A DNA stretch of 64,000 bases from Clostridia bacterium (GTDB lineage: Bacteria; Bacillota; Clostridia; UMGS1883): the NCBI GenBank assembly GCA_045651805.1, contig JAZRTB010000077.1:2855-66854 (forward strand), in the 5' to 3' direction. The notes beneath the pieces are model-generated. The model searched no databases and was not told the DNA's origin. It was given only the letters and a program-made list of their open reading frames with translations. This document shows, piece after piece, positions 48,172-57,930 of the stretch. A program made the position numbers and the translations under genes. Each line of letters starts with the position of its first letter. Position 1 is the stretch's first letter.

Positions 48172-50388
48172 ATGACAGATAAACAGATGTTTGAGATAAT
48201 TAAACAAAATATTAAAGAATATTATTATGACAAAGAAGGAAATCCCGAAGAATTACTTTCAAAAATCCAGACTGACGGAAGTTTTTCTGACCTTGACTAT
48301 GAAAAACAGGACTGGACTGTTTGGGGACCGCATATTCACACGGCACGTCTTAAAAATCTTGCACAGATGTATGCTTGCCCCGATAATACTTTTTATAAGA
48401 GCAAAGAAATAGAAGATACAATTCATCTTGGATTAAAATTCTTCTTTGACGGAAACTTTGTGTCAGATAACTGGTGGATGAATGACATCGGTGTTCCCAC
48501 GGAATGTGGTACAATACGCTTGATGTTCAGAGGTTCGGCAACGGACGAGGAAGATGCTTTGCTTGCAAAATACGCAGCAGGAAATCCGGAAAAACCGAGA
48601 CTGTTTTCACTTGATTCAAGCACCGACCCTGACGGACTGCGACCTTATGATTCGCAGGGAATGCACGTAACTTCGCAGCTTGTTGACACTCATTTTCAGC
48701 TTGCAATTGACGATCCCGAACCTGAAATTGCAATGAAAAAGGTGAGGGAGTGTTTAGAGCAGATCAATATTGAAATGCGAGTTGTGATGTATCCTGCAAC
48801 AAAATCTCCTTTCGGAAAATATAGCGATGAACATTGTATAAAAACAGACTACAGTTATCACGAACACGAAAACGAGTTTACACATAACGGCTATGGAATA
48901 GGTCTTCTTGAGTATATGATGCCCCTTTACCAATTCTGGAAGGGAACGGGTCTTCGCCCTGATGATGTAGCCGTTAAAGAATACATAAATCTTCTGTTGG
49001 AAGGTTTTGATAATGTATGTTATAAAGGAACAATACCTATGCCAACCATGGGTCGTGATGTTGCTAATGCGACACGTCCGCATTACAGAAACCCCCACTA
49101 TATTTCCTGGTATATCGGATTTTGCAAAATACTTATTGAATGGGGTAATGGCTACAGAAAAGACGAGCTTGAATTTATGAGAAAACGTTTTTCCGAGCCG
49201 GAAACTACTCCGCATTTTGATCGCAATAAGTTTTTCTGGCATTCTGACTATATATCTCACAACAGAAAAGATTTTCATTTTTCTGTTCACGCGGTTTCAA
49301 ACCGCATCAAGAGACCGGAATCTATTCTTGCCAAAAATGTAAAAGGAATGTTTCTTGGTGACGGTTGCTATAATATGTTGATAAACGGTTTTGAATACGA
49401 CGAAGTTCAGCCTTTCCTTGATTGGCAGAAAATCCCCGGTGTAACTGCAACGATGGGAGAAGTTGACCTCAATCCCGAATGTGAGATTGATACAAAGATA
49501 GATACTCTTCGTATATTTGGAGGTGCAAAAGGAACAACTTCATTTGTAGGCGGTGTTTCTGATGGAATGAATGGTATGTTCTGCTATGATTACAATCATC
49601 TTCATGTTAAAGCTAAAAAAGCGTGGTTTTGCTTTGATAACAAAATTGTTTGTCTTGGTGCAGGGATTACAACTGACGACGAAAACGGAGCGTATACAAC
49701 TATTAATCAGTGCAATCTGATTAATAAAAAGGTTGTTGTTGACGGAGAAGAATTGAATGACGGTAAATACAAGCTTTCAAATGTCAAGCATATTTATTCC
49801 GATAAAGTAAGCTATGTGTTTTTTGAGAAGGATAACGATATAGAGTTAATTACCGGGTTGAAGAAAGGTAAATGGAGTTATATAGATACCGCATCAGGCT
49901 CCGATGAGGAAAGGGAAAAAAGAATGTTTCTTCTCGGTATTAATCACGGTAAAATGCCTGCTGATGCTTCTTATGCATATGCGATAATACCAAACTCAAA
50001 TGAGAATGATAAATCTTCTGTTGATATTATTTCAAACACTAAAGAGTGCCAGGCTGTATGGTGCGAAAGTATTAATCAGCTGCAGGCTGTTTTCTACAAA
50101 ACGGGGAGTGTAAAGGTTAAGAATATTACAGTTGAAGTTGATGCGCCTTGTGCTTTGATGATAACGTTTGATGGTGATGATTATGAATTATGGGTGTCAA
50201 ATCCTGAACACGAAAAAGCTTCCGTTAATGTAAAAGTTAACGATGAAACAATTACATTTAATCTTGAAGAAGGTTATTTACTTAACAACCTTGGCAGACC
50301 GCTTGGTTACAGCAAAGAAGGTTTTAAAAACTATACTGTATCCCAGGATGAAAGCCTTGGAGAAAATATTTATAAGAGATATAAGTAA
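48172..50388 (+). CDS. PL8-family polysaccharide lyase (chondroitin AC/hyaluronate lyase-like), no signal peptide
   Basis: DGSFSDLDY, NWWMNDIGVP, DYSYHEH..NGYG, MGRDV, DWQKIPGVT, FVGGVSDG, AKKAWF, CLGAGI. Confidence 0.9.
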   Translation: MTDKQMFEIIKQNIKEYYYDKEGNPEELLSKIQTDGSFSDLDYEKQDWTVWGPHIHTARLKNLAQMYACPDNTFYKSKEIEDTIHLGLKFFFDGNFVSDNWWMNDIGVPTECGTIRLMFRGSATDEEDALLAKYAAGNPEKPRLFSLDSSTDPDGLRPYDSQGMHVTSQLVDTHFQLAIDDPEPEIAMKKVRECLEQINIEMRVVMYPATKSPFGKYSDEHCIKTDYSYHEHENEFTHNGYGIGLLEYMMPLYQFWKGTGLRPDDVAVKEYINLLLEGFDNVCYKGTIPMPTMGRDVANATRPHYRNPHYISWYIGFCKILIEWGNGYRKDELEFMRKRFSEPETTPHFDRNKFFWHSDYISHNRKDFHFSVHAVSNRIKRPESILAKNVKGMFLGDGCYNMLINGFEYDEVQPFLDWQKIPGVTATMGEVDLNPECEIDTKIDTLRIFGGAKGTTSFVGGVSDGMNGMFCYDYNHLHVKAKKAWFCFDNKIVCLGAGITTDDENGAYTTINQCNLINKKVVVDGEELNDGKYKLSNVKHIYSDKVSYVFFEKDNDIELITGLKKGKWSYIDTASGSDEEREKRMFLLGINHGKMPADASYAYAIIPNSNENDKSSVDIISNTKECQAVWCESINQLQAVFYKTGSVKVKNITVEVDAPCALMITFDGDDYELWVSNPEHEKASVNVKVNDETITFNLEEGYLLNNLGRPLGYSKEGFKNYTVSQDESLGENIYKRYK

Positions 50389-50406
50389 AAAACATACTTA
50401 AAAACT

Positions 50407-50449
50407 AAAAAAGCAAAACCTCCTGTGACATAGGAGGTTTTGCTTTTTT
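50407..50449. terminator. Bidirectional intrinsic terminator
   Basis: AAAAAAGCAAAACCTCCT...AGGAGGTTTTGCTTTTTT. Confidence 0.9.
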
Positions 50450-50472
50450 GCTATAATTTACAATTAACGGAG

Positions 50473-51366
50473 TTATTTTGACTTGTATTTTGTTGGGGTT
50501 ATACCTTCAATTCTTTTAAACACTCTTGAAAAATAGTAGGGTGTACTGAAGTGAAGGGTTTCGGAAATTTCTGAAAGGGAGAGGTTTCCTTTATCAATAA
50601 GCTTTTTTGCCTCTTTGACTTTAAGAGTATTATAGTAATTCATTATTGTGTCGCCGGTGTTTTTCTTGAAAAGAATAGAAAGGTATGTTCTTCCGCAACC
50701 AAGCTCACTGCACAGACCGGGTATGGATAATTCGGAGTACAGCGAGTTTTTAATCTTTTCTGTTAATTTCTGAAAAATGAAGGTATCAAGCTCTTTTTTT
50801 GATTCGTAGAAAAAAACATTCTCCTTTTCCTCTATAAGTCGTATGACAGATATAAGAAATTCTTCAAAATGCATCCTGAAAAGCTGTTGTGCACCCGTAG
50901 GACTGTTTAGCTTGAGGGAATCCGAATAGAAATTGCCATCTTGCGGTAGTTTGGGTTTGGTGTCATATAATTCCTGTGCTTCTTCATAAAGCTTTTTCAG
51001 CATAGTTTTTTGTTCGTGTCTGACAGTTATTTTCAGCGACTCAAAAAGTTTTGTTATTTCGCTTGACGAAGAAAAAGAAACAAAGTATGCCCTCACGGAG
51101 GAGTTGTTTGTAGATTCAATAGCATGAACCTCTCCCGGTTTGTGAAAAACCAGAGTTCCCGAGGTAGCGGAAAAATTTTCATCATCGGAAATTATCCGGG
51201 CTTCCCCCGAATCAATATATACCATTTCCCAGAAATCGTGCACTTCCTTCTGGTCAACAAAGTCGGGCGTTATTGTAAACACAAGAAAATTATTTATATC
51301 ATCCAGCTGAAGTATATTTTGCAGTGTTTTATTTATATAAGTGTTTTTATTTCGTATATAAATCAT
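50473..51366 (-). CDS. AraC-family regulator with cupin ligand-binding domain
   Basis: EVHDFWEMVYIDSG, HKPGEVH; HTH YLSILFK...FSTPYYFSRVFKRIEGITP. Confidence 0.95.
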   Translation of the reverse strand: MIYIRNKNTYINKTLQNILQLDDINNFLVFTITPDFVDQKEVHDFWEMVYIDSGEARIISDDENFSATSGTLVFHKPGEVHAIESTNNSSVRAYFVSFSSSSEITKLFESLKITVRHEQKTMLKKLYEEAQELYDTKPKLPQDGNFYSDSLKLNSPTGAQQLFRMHFEEFLISVIRLIEEKENVFFYESKKELDTFIFQKLTEKIKNSLYSELSIPGLCSELGCGRTYLSILFKKNTGDTIMNYYNTLKVKEAKKLIDKGNLSLSEISETLHFSTPYYFSRVFKRIEGITPTKYKSK

Positions 51367-51387
51367 ATCAGCACTTCCTTTGAGTTA

Positions 51388-51416
51388 AATATAATATAAA
51401 CTTTTACGTTTGTCAA
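51388..51416 (-). promoter_or_regulatory. sigmaA promoter of the araC gene
   Basis: TTGACA-17 bp-TATATT on the minus strand. Confidence 0.65.
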
Positions 51417-51451
51417 TGAAAAAATCAAAATTGTCCAAACATACATCTTTC

Positions 51452-51517
51452 GCGAACAAAAGTGAATGCAGATGCGAATAAATATGCATTGAAAAGTAAT
51501 ATATTATATGCTAAAAT
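51452..51517 (+). promoter_or_regulatory. Motif-B tandem operator plus promoter
   Basis: GCGAACAAAAGTGAAT / GCGAATAAATATGCAT (22-bp period) running into TTGAAA-17-TAAAAT with extended TG. Confidence 0.75.
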
Positions 51518-51648
51518 CCGGTTGTAGTAGTTCAAAACTTAATAAACACAATAATGTTTTCTTGTTTTAGGTGTGTTTGAGTTAAAAAAATAAAGACGGA
51601 AAATATGTTGTGTAATTCAAGTGAATAATATTAAAAGGAGAGATGAAA

Positions 51649-54045
51649 ATGATGAAAAATTTAAAGAAGGTACTTTCTTTGGTTTCATGCCTGGCACTTC
51701 TTATGACATTTGTGCCGGCGGCAATGGCAGAGGGTGCTTCTGTGTCAACTCTTACGGTTGAGGACATTACCGGTCATCAGCCGGCAAATATGATTACAGA
51801 AAATCTTACTTTGCCTGAAGGCTACACATGGACAGCATCAGTAGATGGTGTCATTAACACAGAAACAGGTGCGGTTACAAGAAAAGCAACAGAGGACGTA
51901 GCGGTAACTCTTACTGCAGAAGCGGGCGGAGAGAGTAAAGCCTTCAACTTCATAGTAAAATCAAAAATGACTAAGGTTCTTGCTGCTGATACCTTTGCTT
52001 ACGATTACGCAGAGGGTGTAAATCCCATAGCGCAGAGTGATTTCATATTCACTGCAGCGAAAACTACAATAACACATCCCATACTTAAAGAAGCAGACGG
52101 CAATTCATATTATGAGATGGACTGGACATACGCAGGAAGTGATAGTGATTCAAGAAATTCAAAGGAAAATAAGTTAAGAAATGTTCCTGAAGAATTTAAA
52201 ACTGCAGATGTGATTTATGTTTCTTACAAATATAAATATGTAGGTAAAAGCTATGGCTTTTTGAGGATTTTCCCCGCAGGTGTAGATACTCTTGCAACGT
52301 CAATCGGATATAACGGTACTTCCTTCAGATACTCATCGTTTGAGCCTTACACAGGTCCTGCAAAGGTATACAATTCATATGCAGGCGACGGTACAGATGC
52401 ATGGCAAACAGCGTATCTTAAATATAATGTTGACAATATGTCATTTTGTATAAGTGACGACGGAAGAACTTATCTGGCTGAAAAAACTGTCAGAGGCGAT
52501 TTCTCAGATAAAGAAGATGTAAGTTTTACAAATATGTCATTCAAGCCTGCATCTGTAGGAAGTAACTGCGGTAAACTTCTTATTGACGACTTTGTTATTT
52601 ATACTGAAAGTATAGATAATCTTTCTGACAGCGATAAGGATGATTATGTAGATTCAGAGCTTGATTTTACAGACCTTACCGACGAAAAGGCAAGCTATAT
52701 TTCAAAGAATTTAACACTTCCCGCATTTGACGGTCTTGTTACATGGACATCTTCCGATGAAAATGTAATAAAGGTAGAAGGCGAAACAGGCGTTATCGGC
52801 ACACGTGACGATAATTTGTTCAAGCCTGTTATCCTTACAGCAACCTACGGCTCAAAGACAAAGAAGTTCAACCTTGCTCTTGCTCCTGCCGACACAACAA
52901 CGATAATCAGAGCAAATTCCGAATGTGAGCTTCTCGAGGATTTCGAGGGAGGCGCAGACGGAGGAACCGTGTCAATTACACAAGGAACAAACTACAATAC
53001 AACAAAAGGCTGGATTGCAGCAAATCCTGTTTTGGAAGGAAGAACCTTTGAATATGCAGTAGACAGTACAAAAGGTATGGTAGGTAAACTTACCGATTCT
53101 ACAGGTACGGCAGTTTCCCTTGTCCCCGGAAATGCCGGTGGTGCACAGTACAGATACACAACAGGTCTGGATATTAAGTTTACACCTGAAAATAGTACCG
53201 ATTCATTCACATTTGCCATAAGTGCATCAATAGAACACAGCAAAATTGTAATAACAAAAAATAATCTTCGTGTCTATGAAGATGCATATGTATATCCTAA
53301 TCAGTACAGTGACTATGAAGTTGATACGAATGACTGGATTCGTATTGAAATAGATACAAATATGGCTTCACGTACACAGGAAATATTTGTTAATGGAATT
53401 TCTCTGACAGGAGTTCTTAAAAATGGAACATACACTCAGCAGTATAAAACCAGTGTAACAACCAATACCCTCCGTTGGCTCAAATTTACGGCAAATGGAA
53501 ATACTCCAGTTTATATCGATAATATCGCTGTTGCAGGGCAGACAAACGCCAATCGTTCGCTTGCAGATGCAGGTGTCAAAGGTGCACAGGTGTTTTATAA
53601 GGACAGCTTACTTACTGCAAAAGCTCTTGAGGCAAACGGTCCCTCTTTTGTAACTGCTGTGCTTGTTGACAAAACAACTTTTGCAAATAACGGTGCAGCA
53701 CTTGCATGGTCAGGCAACAGTGTGAGCGAAAACAAATTTACTCCCACCAAGCCGGGCGAGTATACACTTACAGTAACTGCAACAAGCGGAATTGAAACTG
53801 CTACAGGCACAGTTTCAATTAAGGGTGCTCCCGTTATTATCGGTGAAGCAGACGGAGTATTCACACTCTCCGGTGCAACAGAGGGCGGAAAGCTCATCGT
53901 TGCCGAGTTCAGCGGTGAAGGCGAGATGATAGACGCAAAAGTTTACGACACTTTTGAAAATATTTCTATTCCCGACGGAAACTATAAAGCGTTCTTCGTT
54001 ACAGATATTTCAAAGCTTATTCCCGGGGCATTTGCAATAGAGTAA
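51649..54045 (+). CDS. Secreted non-catalytic protein: alternating short Ig-like and ConA-like domains, C-terminal shared module
   Basis: Signal peptide AMA-E; NLTLP..TW.....G.V..VTLTA twice; LLIDDFVI, EDFE...VYIDNI. Confidence 0.8.
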   Translation: MMKNLKKVLSLVSCLALLMTFVPAAMAEGASVSTLTVEDITGHQPANMITENLTLPEGYTWTASVDGVINTETGAVTRKATEDVAVTLTAEAGGESKAFNFIVKSKMTKVLAADTFAYDYAEGVNPIAQSDFIFTAAKTTITHPILKEADGNSYYEMDWTYAGSDSDSRNSKENKLRNVPEEFKTADVIYVSYKYKYVGKSYGFLRIFPAGVDTLATSIGYNGTSFRYSSFEPYTGPAKVYNSYAGDGTDAWQTAYLKYNVDNMSFCISDDGRTYLAEKTVRGDFSDKEDVSFTNMSFKPASVGSNCGKLLIDDFVIYTESIDNLSDSDKDDYVDSELDFTDLTDEKASYISKNLTLPAFDGLVTWTSSDENVIKVEGETGVIGTRDDNLFKPVILTATYGSKTKKFNLALAPADTTTIIRANSECELLEDFEGGADGGTVSITQGTNYNTTKGWIAANPVLEGRTFEYAVDSTKGMVGKLTDSTGTAVSLVPGNAGGAQYRYTTGLDIKFTPENSTDSFTFAISASIEHSKIVITKNNLRVYEDAYVYPNQYSDYEVDTNDWIRIEIDTNMASRTQEIFVNGISLTGVLKNGTYTQQYKTSVTTNTLRWLKFTANGNTPVYIDNIAVAGQTNANRSLADAGVKGAQVFYKDSLLTAKALEANGPSFVTAVLVDKTTFANNGAALAWSGNSVSENKFTPTKPGEYTLTVTATSGIETATGTVSIKGAPVIIGEADGVFTLSGATEGGKLIVAEFSGEGEMIDAKVYDTFENISIPDGNYKAFFVTDISKLIPGAFAIE

Positions 54046-54054
54046 ACGAGTTTC

Positions 54055-54088
54055 AATAGGGACTGTGTTCTGCAGTCCCTATTATTTT
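54055..54088 (+). terminator. Hairpin / partial terminator between the secreted protein and GH105
   Basis: AATAGGGACTG...CAGTCCCTATT then ATTTT. Confidence 0.65.
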
Positions 54089-54105
54089 CAACGGAGGGTA
54101 CAGGT

Positions 54106-56187
54106 ATGACTGAATATGCAAAGAATTCAATAAACAATATTTATTCAGGTACAAAAGACAAAGTGGAAAAAATCTTCAACTCCGCTTTTGCTGCAAGAAG
54201 TGGAACGGAGTTCAGCTACAGACCAATTACGATGCCTCCGTATTCTAACAATTTCTGCGATGAAGGCCTCAATTTTGCAAAGCTTTATCCGGAATATGAG
54301 GAAGGCGACTATGTTTATATACAGTGCTGTATGGACGGGATGTATGAAAGAGATATGATGCTTCTCATACAGAAAACTTCTTCTGTGCAGGTTTATTTCA
54401 ACGGGGAAAAGGTTAGCATAGAAGATGGTCCTTACGGTAAGGATGCCAATGTTCATTTCAAAGAGGGCAGAAACCACGTTCTTTTAAGGGTTACTGCAGA
54501 AAAAGCCTCTTTTGCGGCGTATGTTTTGCCGGTTGTTCCGGGGATAAGATATGTTGCCTGCGGTGAATATCAGTATCGTTCCTGGCCTTATGTTGAAAAG
54601 AAGGGTGCAGGACTTGTGCACGGCTTTGAAATATCACGCCTGTATAAGAAAGACGAAACTTCAACTAGAGAACAGATTGATTGGGTGTATCCCATAATTC
54701 ACGAGCAGTGTGAGAAGAAAGCATTTGATTTTTTCCGTCTTTGCACGGAAGGAAAAGCTGCTTATGCCTATACTCGCATAAAGGGGAAATTAGAAATAAC
54801 CCACGCATCACCTATAAAGATTTTTGCTGATGGCGAGGAAATTTATAATGGTGATAAAGGAATGTTTAATGGTGAATTTGAAAAATCTGTACCAATTCTC
54901 ATAAAAAGTGTCAACAACGGAAAAGAGTGGGGGTTCAAGGTGGAAAAGTGTGAAGAAACTTCTCTTCCTTTTATAGAGGGCAGTGAATGTCCGGATCTTA
55001 CATGGCTGTGGATTGGTTCCTTCGGTGACATGAATGATAGTGAAGGTTTAGCATATGCACCGGAAATAAACCTTTTTTTCAATAAGCCGTATCCTTCGGT
55101 AAGTGGTGAAAGCCTTATCTGGCGCTTTTACAGAGAAAAGACATACATAAACACCTATAACCACACTGCATTTTTTGGCCAGTGGTATTATGCTATAATG
55201 GTAAGTCATTATGGTATGCTTTTGGCGGCAAAAAAGCTTGGAAGAAATGACTTTTTTGATTTCTTCACAAAAAGCATCGGCACAATGTGTAAGCACAGAG
55301 ATTATTCTGAAAGAATGAAGAATCTGGTGGGGCAGGATGCGTTGTACCTTTCAGGAGGTATGAAGCTTGAAAGACTTGACCCAATCGGAACAATAGGTAT
55401 GAATGTTGCGGAATACTATATGATGACGGCAGATGAAGATGCCAGATTTACTCTTGAAAAGCTTGCCAATGCCATAACTTATAATGTTCCGAGATTTCCT
55501 GACGGAACTTTCCGCAGGGGAGAAACAATGTGGACAGACGACACCTATATGAGTTTGCCTTTCCTTGTTCGTCTGGGAAATATTCTCGGTGATGAAAAAT
55601 ATTTTGACGATATTCTCAATCAGGTCAGGGGATTTAAAAAAAGAATGTATATGGAGGATTGTGATCTTTTCTCTCACATTTTCTTTTTCAAAGAGGAATA
55701 TCCTAATCGAATTCCCTGGGGCAGAGGCAACGGATGGGTTCTCCTCGCTCTTTCTGATGTACTTATGCTTATGCCAAAAAGTTATCACGGTTATGGTGAA
55801 ATCCTTGACCTTTATAAAAATCTCGCACGGGGCGTACTTTCTTTCCGTGATGAAAAGGAATGTTTGTGGCATCAGGTAGTGAATAACCCCGAAAGCTATA
55901 TTGAAGCAAGCGGAAGTGCAATGTTTATAGCCTCACTTGCAAGAGGCATCAGAAAGGGATGGATAGACGTAAAGCACGCAGATTTACTTGTAGAATCATG
56001 GAATGCACTTTGCGAAAAATGTGTTGACACAGACGGTAATATTTACGGTGTATGTAAAGGTTCCGGCTGTAGCAAAGATGAAGAATATTATATGAAACTT
56101 GGCACAATAAAAAATGATGATCACGGTGTGGGAATTGTGCTTAGTGCCGGTGTTGAAATAATGAATCTGGGAGAATTCATTAAATAA
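54106..56187 (+). CDS. GH105 hydrolase with long N-terminal extension, paralog of 20462
   Basis: FGQWYY, RLDPIG, MWTDDTYM, WGRGNGW, WHQV, EASGSAMF, DDHGVG. Confidence 0.9.
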   Translation: MTEYAKNSINNIYSGTKDKVEKIFNSAFAARSGTEFSYRPITMPPYSNNFCDEGLNFAKLYPEYEEGDYVYIQCCMDGMYERDMMLLIQKTSSVQVYFNGEKVSIEDGPYGKDANVHFKEGRNHVLLRVTAEKASFAAYVLPVVPGIRYVACGEYQYRSWPYVEKKGAGLVHGFEISRLYKKDETSTREQIDWVYPIIHEQCEKKAFDFFRLCTEGKAAYAYTRIKGKLEITHASPIKIFADGEEIYNGDKGMFNGEFEKSVPILIKSVNNGKEWGFKVEKCEETSLPFIEGSECPDLTWLWIGSFGDMNDSEGLAYAPEINLFFNKPYPSVSGESLIWRFYREKTYINTYNHTAFFGQWYYAIMVSHYGMLLAAKKLGRNDFFDFFTKSIGTMCKHRDYSERMKNLVGQDALYLSGGMKLERLDPIGTIGMNVAEYYMMTADEDARFTLEKLANAITYNVPRFPDGTFRRGETMWTDDTYMSLPFLVRLGNILGDEKYFDDILNQVRGFKKRMYMEDCDLFSHIFFFKEEYPNRIPWGRGNGWVLLALSDVLMLMPKSYHGYGEILDLYKNLARGVLSFRDEKECLWHQVVNNPESYIEASGSAMFIASLARGIRKGWIDVKHADLLVESWNALCEKCVDTDGNIYGVCKGSGCSKDEEYYMKLGTIKNDDHGVGIVLSAGVEIMNLGEFIK

Positions 56188-56232
56188 TTTAATTTTGATA
56201 TAAACTTTGCCATGAGTTTATATACATAGTGT

Positions 56233-56267
56233 GGGATGTAAAAGAAAGTCTATTTCTTTTACATCCC
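56233..56267. other. Perfect 15-bp inverted repeat
   Basis: GGGATGTAAAAGAAA-gtcta-TTTCTTTTACATCCC, no U-tract. Confidence 0.7.
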
Positions 56268-56323
56268 CTCCTCTTATAACGGGCATCTTAAGGCTCTATG
56301 ACTAATAATATTAAAATTATATA

Positions 56324-56381
56324 GAAGCGACCTCCCTCAACAATGTGTTGAGAGGGGGCGCTTCGTTCTGTTTTTTGTTTT
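56324..56381 (+). terminator. Intrinsic terminator
   Basis: GAAGCGACCTCCCTCAACA..TGTTGAGAGGGGGCGCTTC then GTTCTGTTTTTTGTTTT. Confidence 0.7.
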
Positions 56382-56473
56382 CAAAACTTTTTTATATTAA
56401 GGTGGGGTGATGACCTCAATTCTCTTTAAGTTCTTGAAAAATAAAAACAAAATTATCCGAATATTAGCCACTT

Positions 56474-56539
56474 GCGAACAAAAGTGAATTTTAATGCGGA
56501 TGAATGTGCATTGAAATACTTTTTTCAAGGTGTTAAAAT
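56474..56539 (+). promoter_or_regulatory. Motif-B tandem operator plus promoter (second copy)
   Basis: GCGAACAAAAGTGAAT / GCGGATGAATGTGCAT running into TTGAAA-17-TAAAAT; geometry identical to 51452. Confidence 0.75.
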
Positions 56540-56571
56540 AACTTAAGAAGATTTTCAGAGGAGGTAATTTT

Positions 56572-57912
56572 ATGCGATGTGGATTTTATGAAAGTGATAT
56601 AACACCACCACTTGGCACTACGATTTTCGGATATATGGATAGAAGAAAATCCGAGGGGGTGAAGGACAGGCTTCACGCAAAAGCGGCAGTTTTTGAAAAA
56701 GATGGGCAGTACGTTGCACTTCTTGCAATTGATAGCCTCAGCACCCCGAAAGACTTGCCTGCCTTTGTCAGAAGGCGTGTAAGTGAATATACTCCCATCA
56801 AGGGCGATGCTGTGCTTATTGCTTCGACACACAGCCATACAAGCGGTCCTGTTTGCGGAGACCTCGGTGCATTCAAGAAAGGCAAGATGTTTGATTATGA
56901 GCCTGACCTTGACCCCGAACTTGATACAAAAGCTCTTGATATGATTATGCTTCTTTGTGCAGATGCAGTTATACTTGCATATCAGCGTCTTGAAGAAGCG
57001 GAGCTCTTCTATGCAAAAACAAATGCAGAAAATATATCTTTCGTTCGTGAGCATATCACAAAAAGTGGTGAAATTAAAACAAATGCAAAGAAGGAAGAGG
57101 CAGTTCGTGCAGTTGCAGAGGCTGATACGGACCTTCCCGTAATCTTTGTTGAAAATAAAGAGGGTAAAGCCCTCGGTCTTATAACTTCATTTGCGCTTCA
57201 CCACGACACGGTTCACGGAAGTGAGATTTCAGCAGATTATTCGGGTGTTGTTGCAAGAAAAATGCAGAAAAAATACGGAAGCGATTTCACAACTGTGTTC
57301 TTTTCGGGATTTTGCGGAAATATCAACAGCCAGAATCTTTATATTGAGGATATTCCAAGAAGCAGAGGTTGGCAGGGTATCGGCGAAATCCTTTATAACG
57401 AGCTTGACAAGGTGCTTGAAGATGCAGAGAAAATCTCTGACGATACACTTTCATTCAAGCACGAGTATATTAAAATCAACAAGCGTAAGCTTGAAGAAAG
57501 CTACCTTAAGGAAATTGAGGAAATGATGAAAAATCCTCCCGAAATCAAGGACCTCGTTCTTGATGACCCCAACGTTGTAAAGTTTATGCGTGCATCTACT
57601 GTTTATGCTCTTTATGTAGATAGCCCCATAAAGGATTTCGACATTCCCGTTATGGTTGTTCGTATAGGTGATGTGGCTCTTGTTGGTGCAGTGGGCGAAA
57701 TGTTCTCACAGTTCGGTGAAAAAATCAAGGCAGGCTCTCCCACAGAGAGAAACATTCTTATAGAACAGACGGAAGCTCACGGATATATCCCCACACAGGA
57801 CTTGTTCCTTCCCACAGTTTATGAATCTTCGTACAGCAGTGCGAAGTTTGAAGAATGTGCAGGCGATAAGATTGCTGATAAAGCAGTTGAACTTGCAAAA
57901 GAACTTTTTTGA
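56572..57912 (+). CDS. Neutral/alkaline ceramidase-like amidohydrolase
   Basis: DITPPLG, DRLHAKA, STHSHTSGP, FALHHD, ISADYSG, GFCGNIN, GEMF, GYIPT, YE. Confidence 0.8.
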   Translation: MRCGFYESDITPPLGTTIFGYMDRRKSEGVKDRLHAKAAVFEKDGQYVALLAIDSLSTPKDLPAFVRRRVSEYTPIKGDAVLIASTHSHTSGPVCGDLGAFKKGKMFDYEPDLDPELDTKALDMIMLLCADAVILAYQRLEEAELFYAKTNAENISFVREHITKSGEIKTNAKKEEAVRAVAEADTDLPVIFVENKEGKALGLITSFALHHDTVHGSEISADYSGVVARKMQKKYGSDFTTVFFSGFCGNINSQNLYIEDIPRSRGWQGIGEILYNELDKVLEDAEKISDDTLSFKHEYIKINKRKLEESYLKEIEEMMKNPPEIKDLVLDDPNVVKFMRASTVYALYVDSPIKDFDIPVMVVRIGDVALVGAVGEMFSQFGEKIKAGSPTERNILIEQTEAHGYIPTQDLFLPTVYESSYSSAKFEECAGDKIADKAVELAKELF

Positions 57913-57930
57913 GAAGAAAGGAAGATTAAA

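Noticed and set aside
56407-56486. Small ORF MTSILFKFLKNKNKIIRILATCEQK
   Set aside because: The SD spacing is too short, and the ORF runs through the motif-B operator region; no support for translation.
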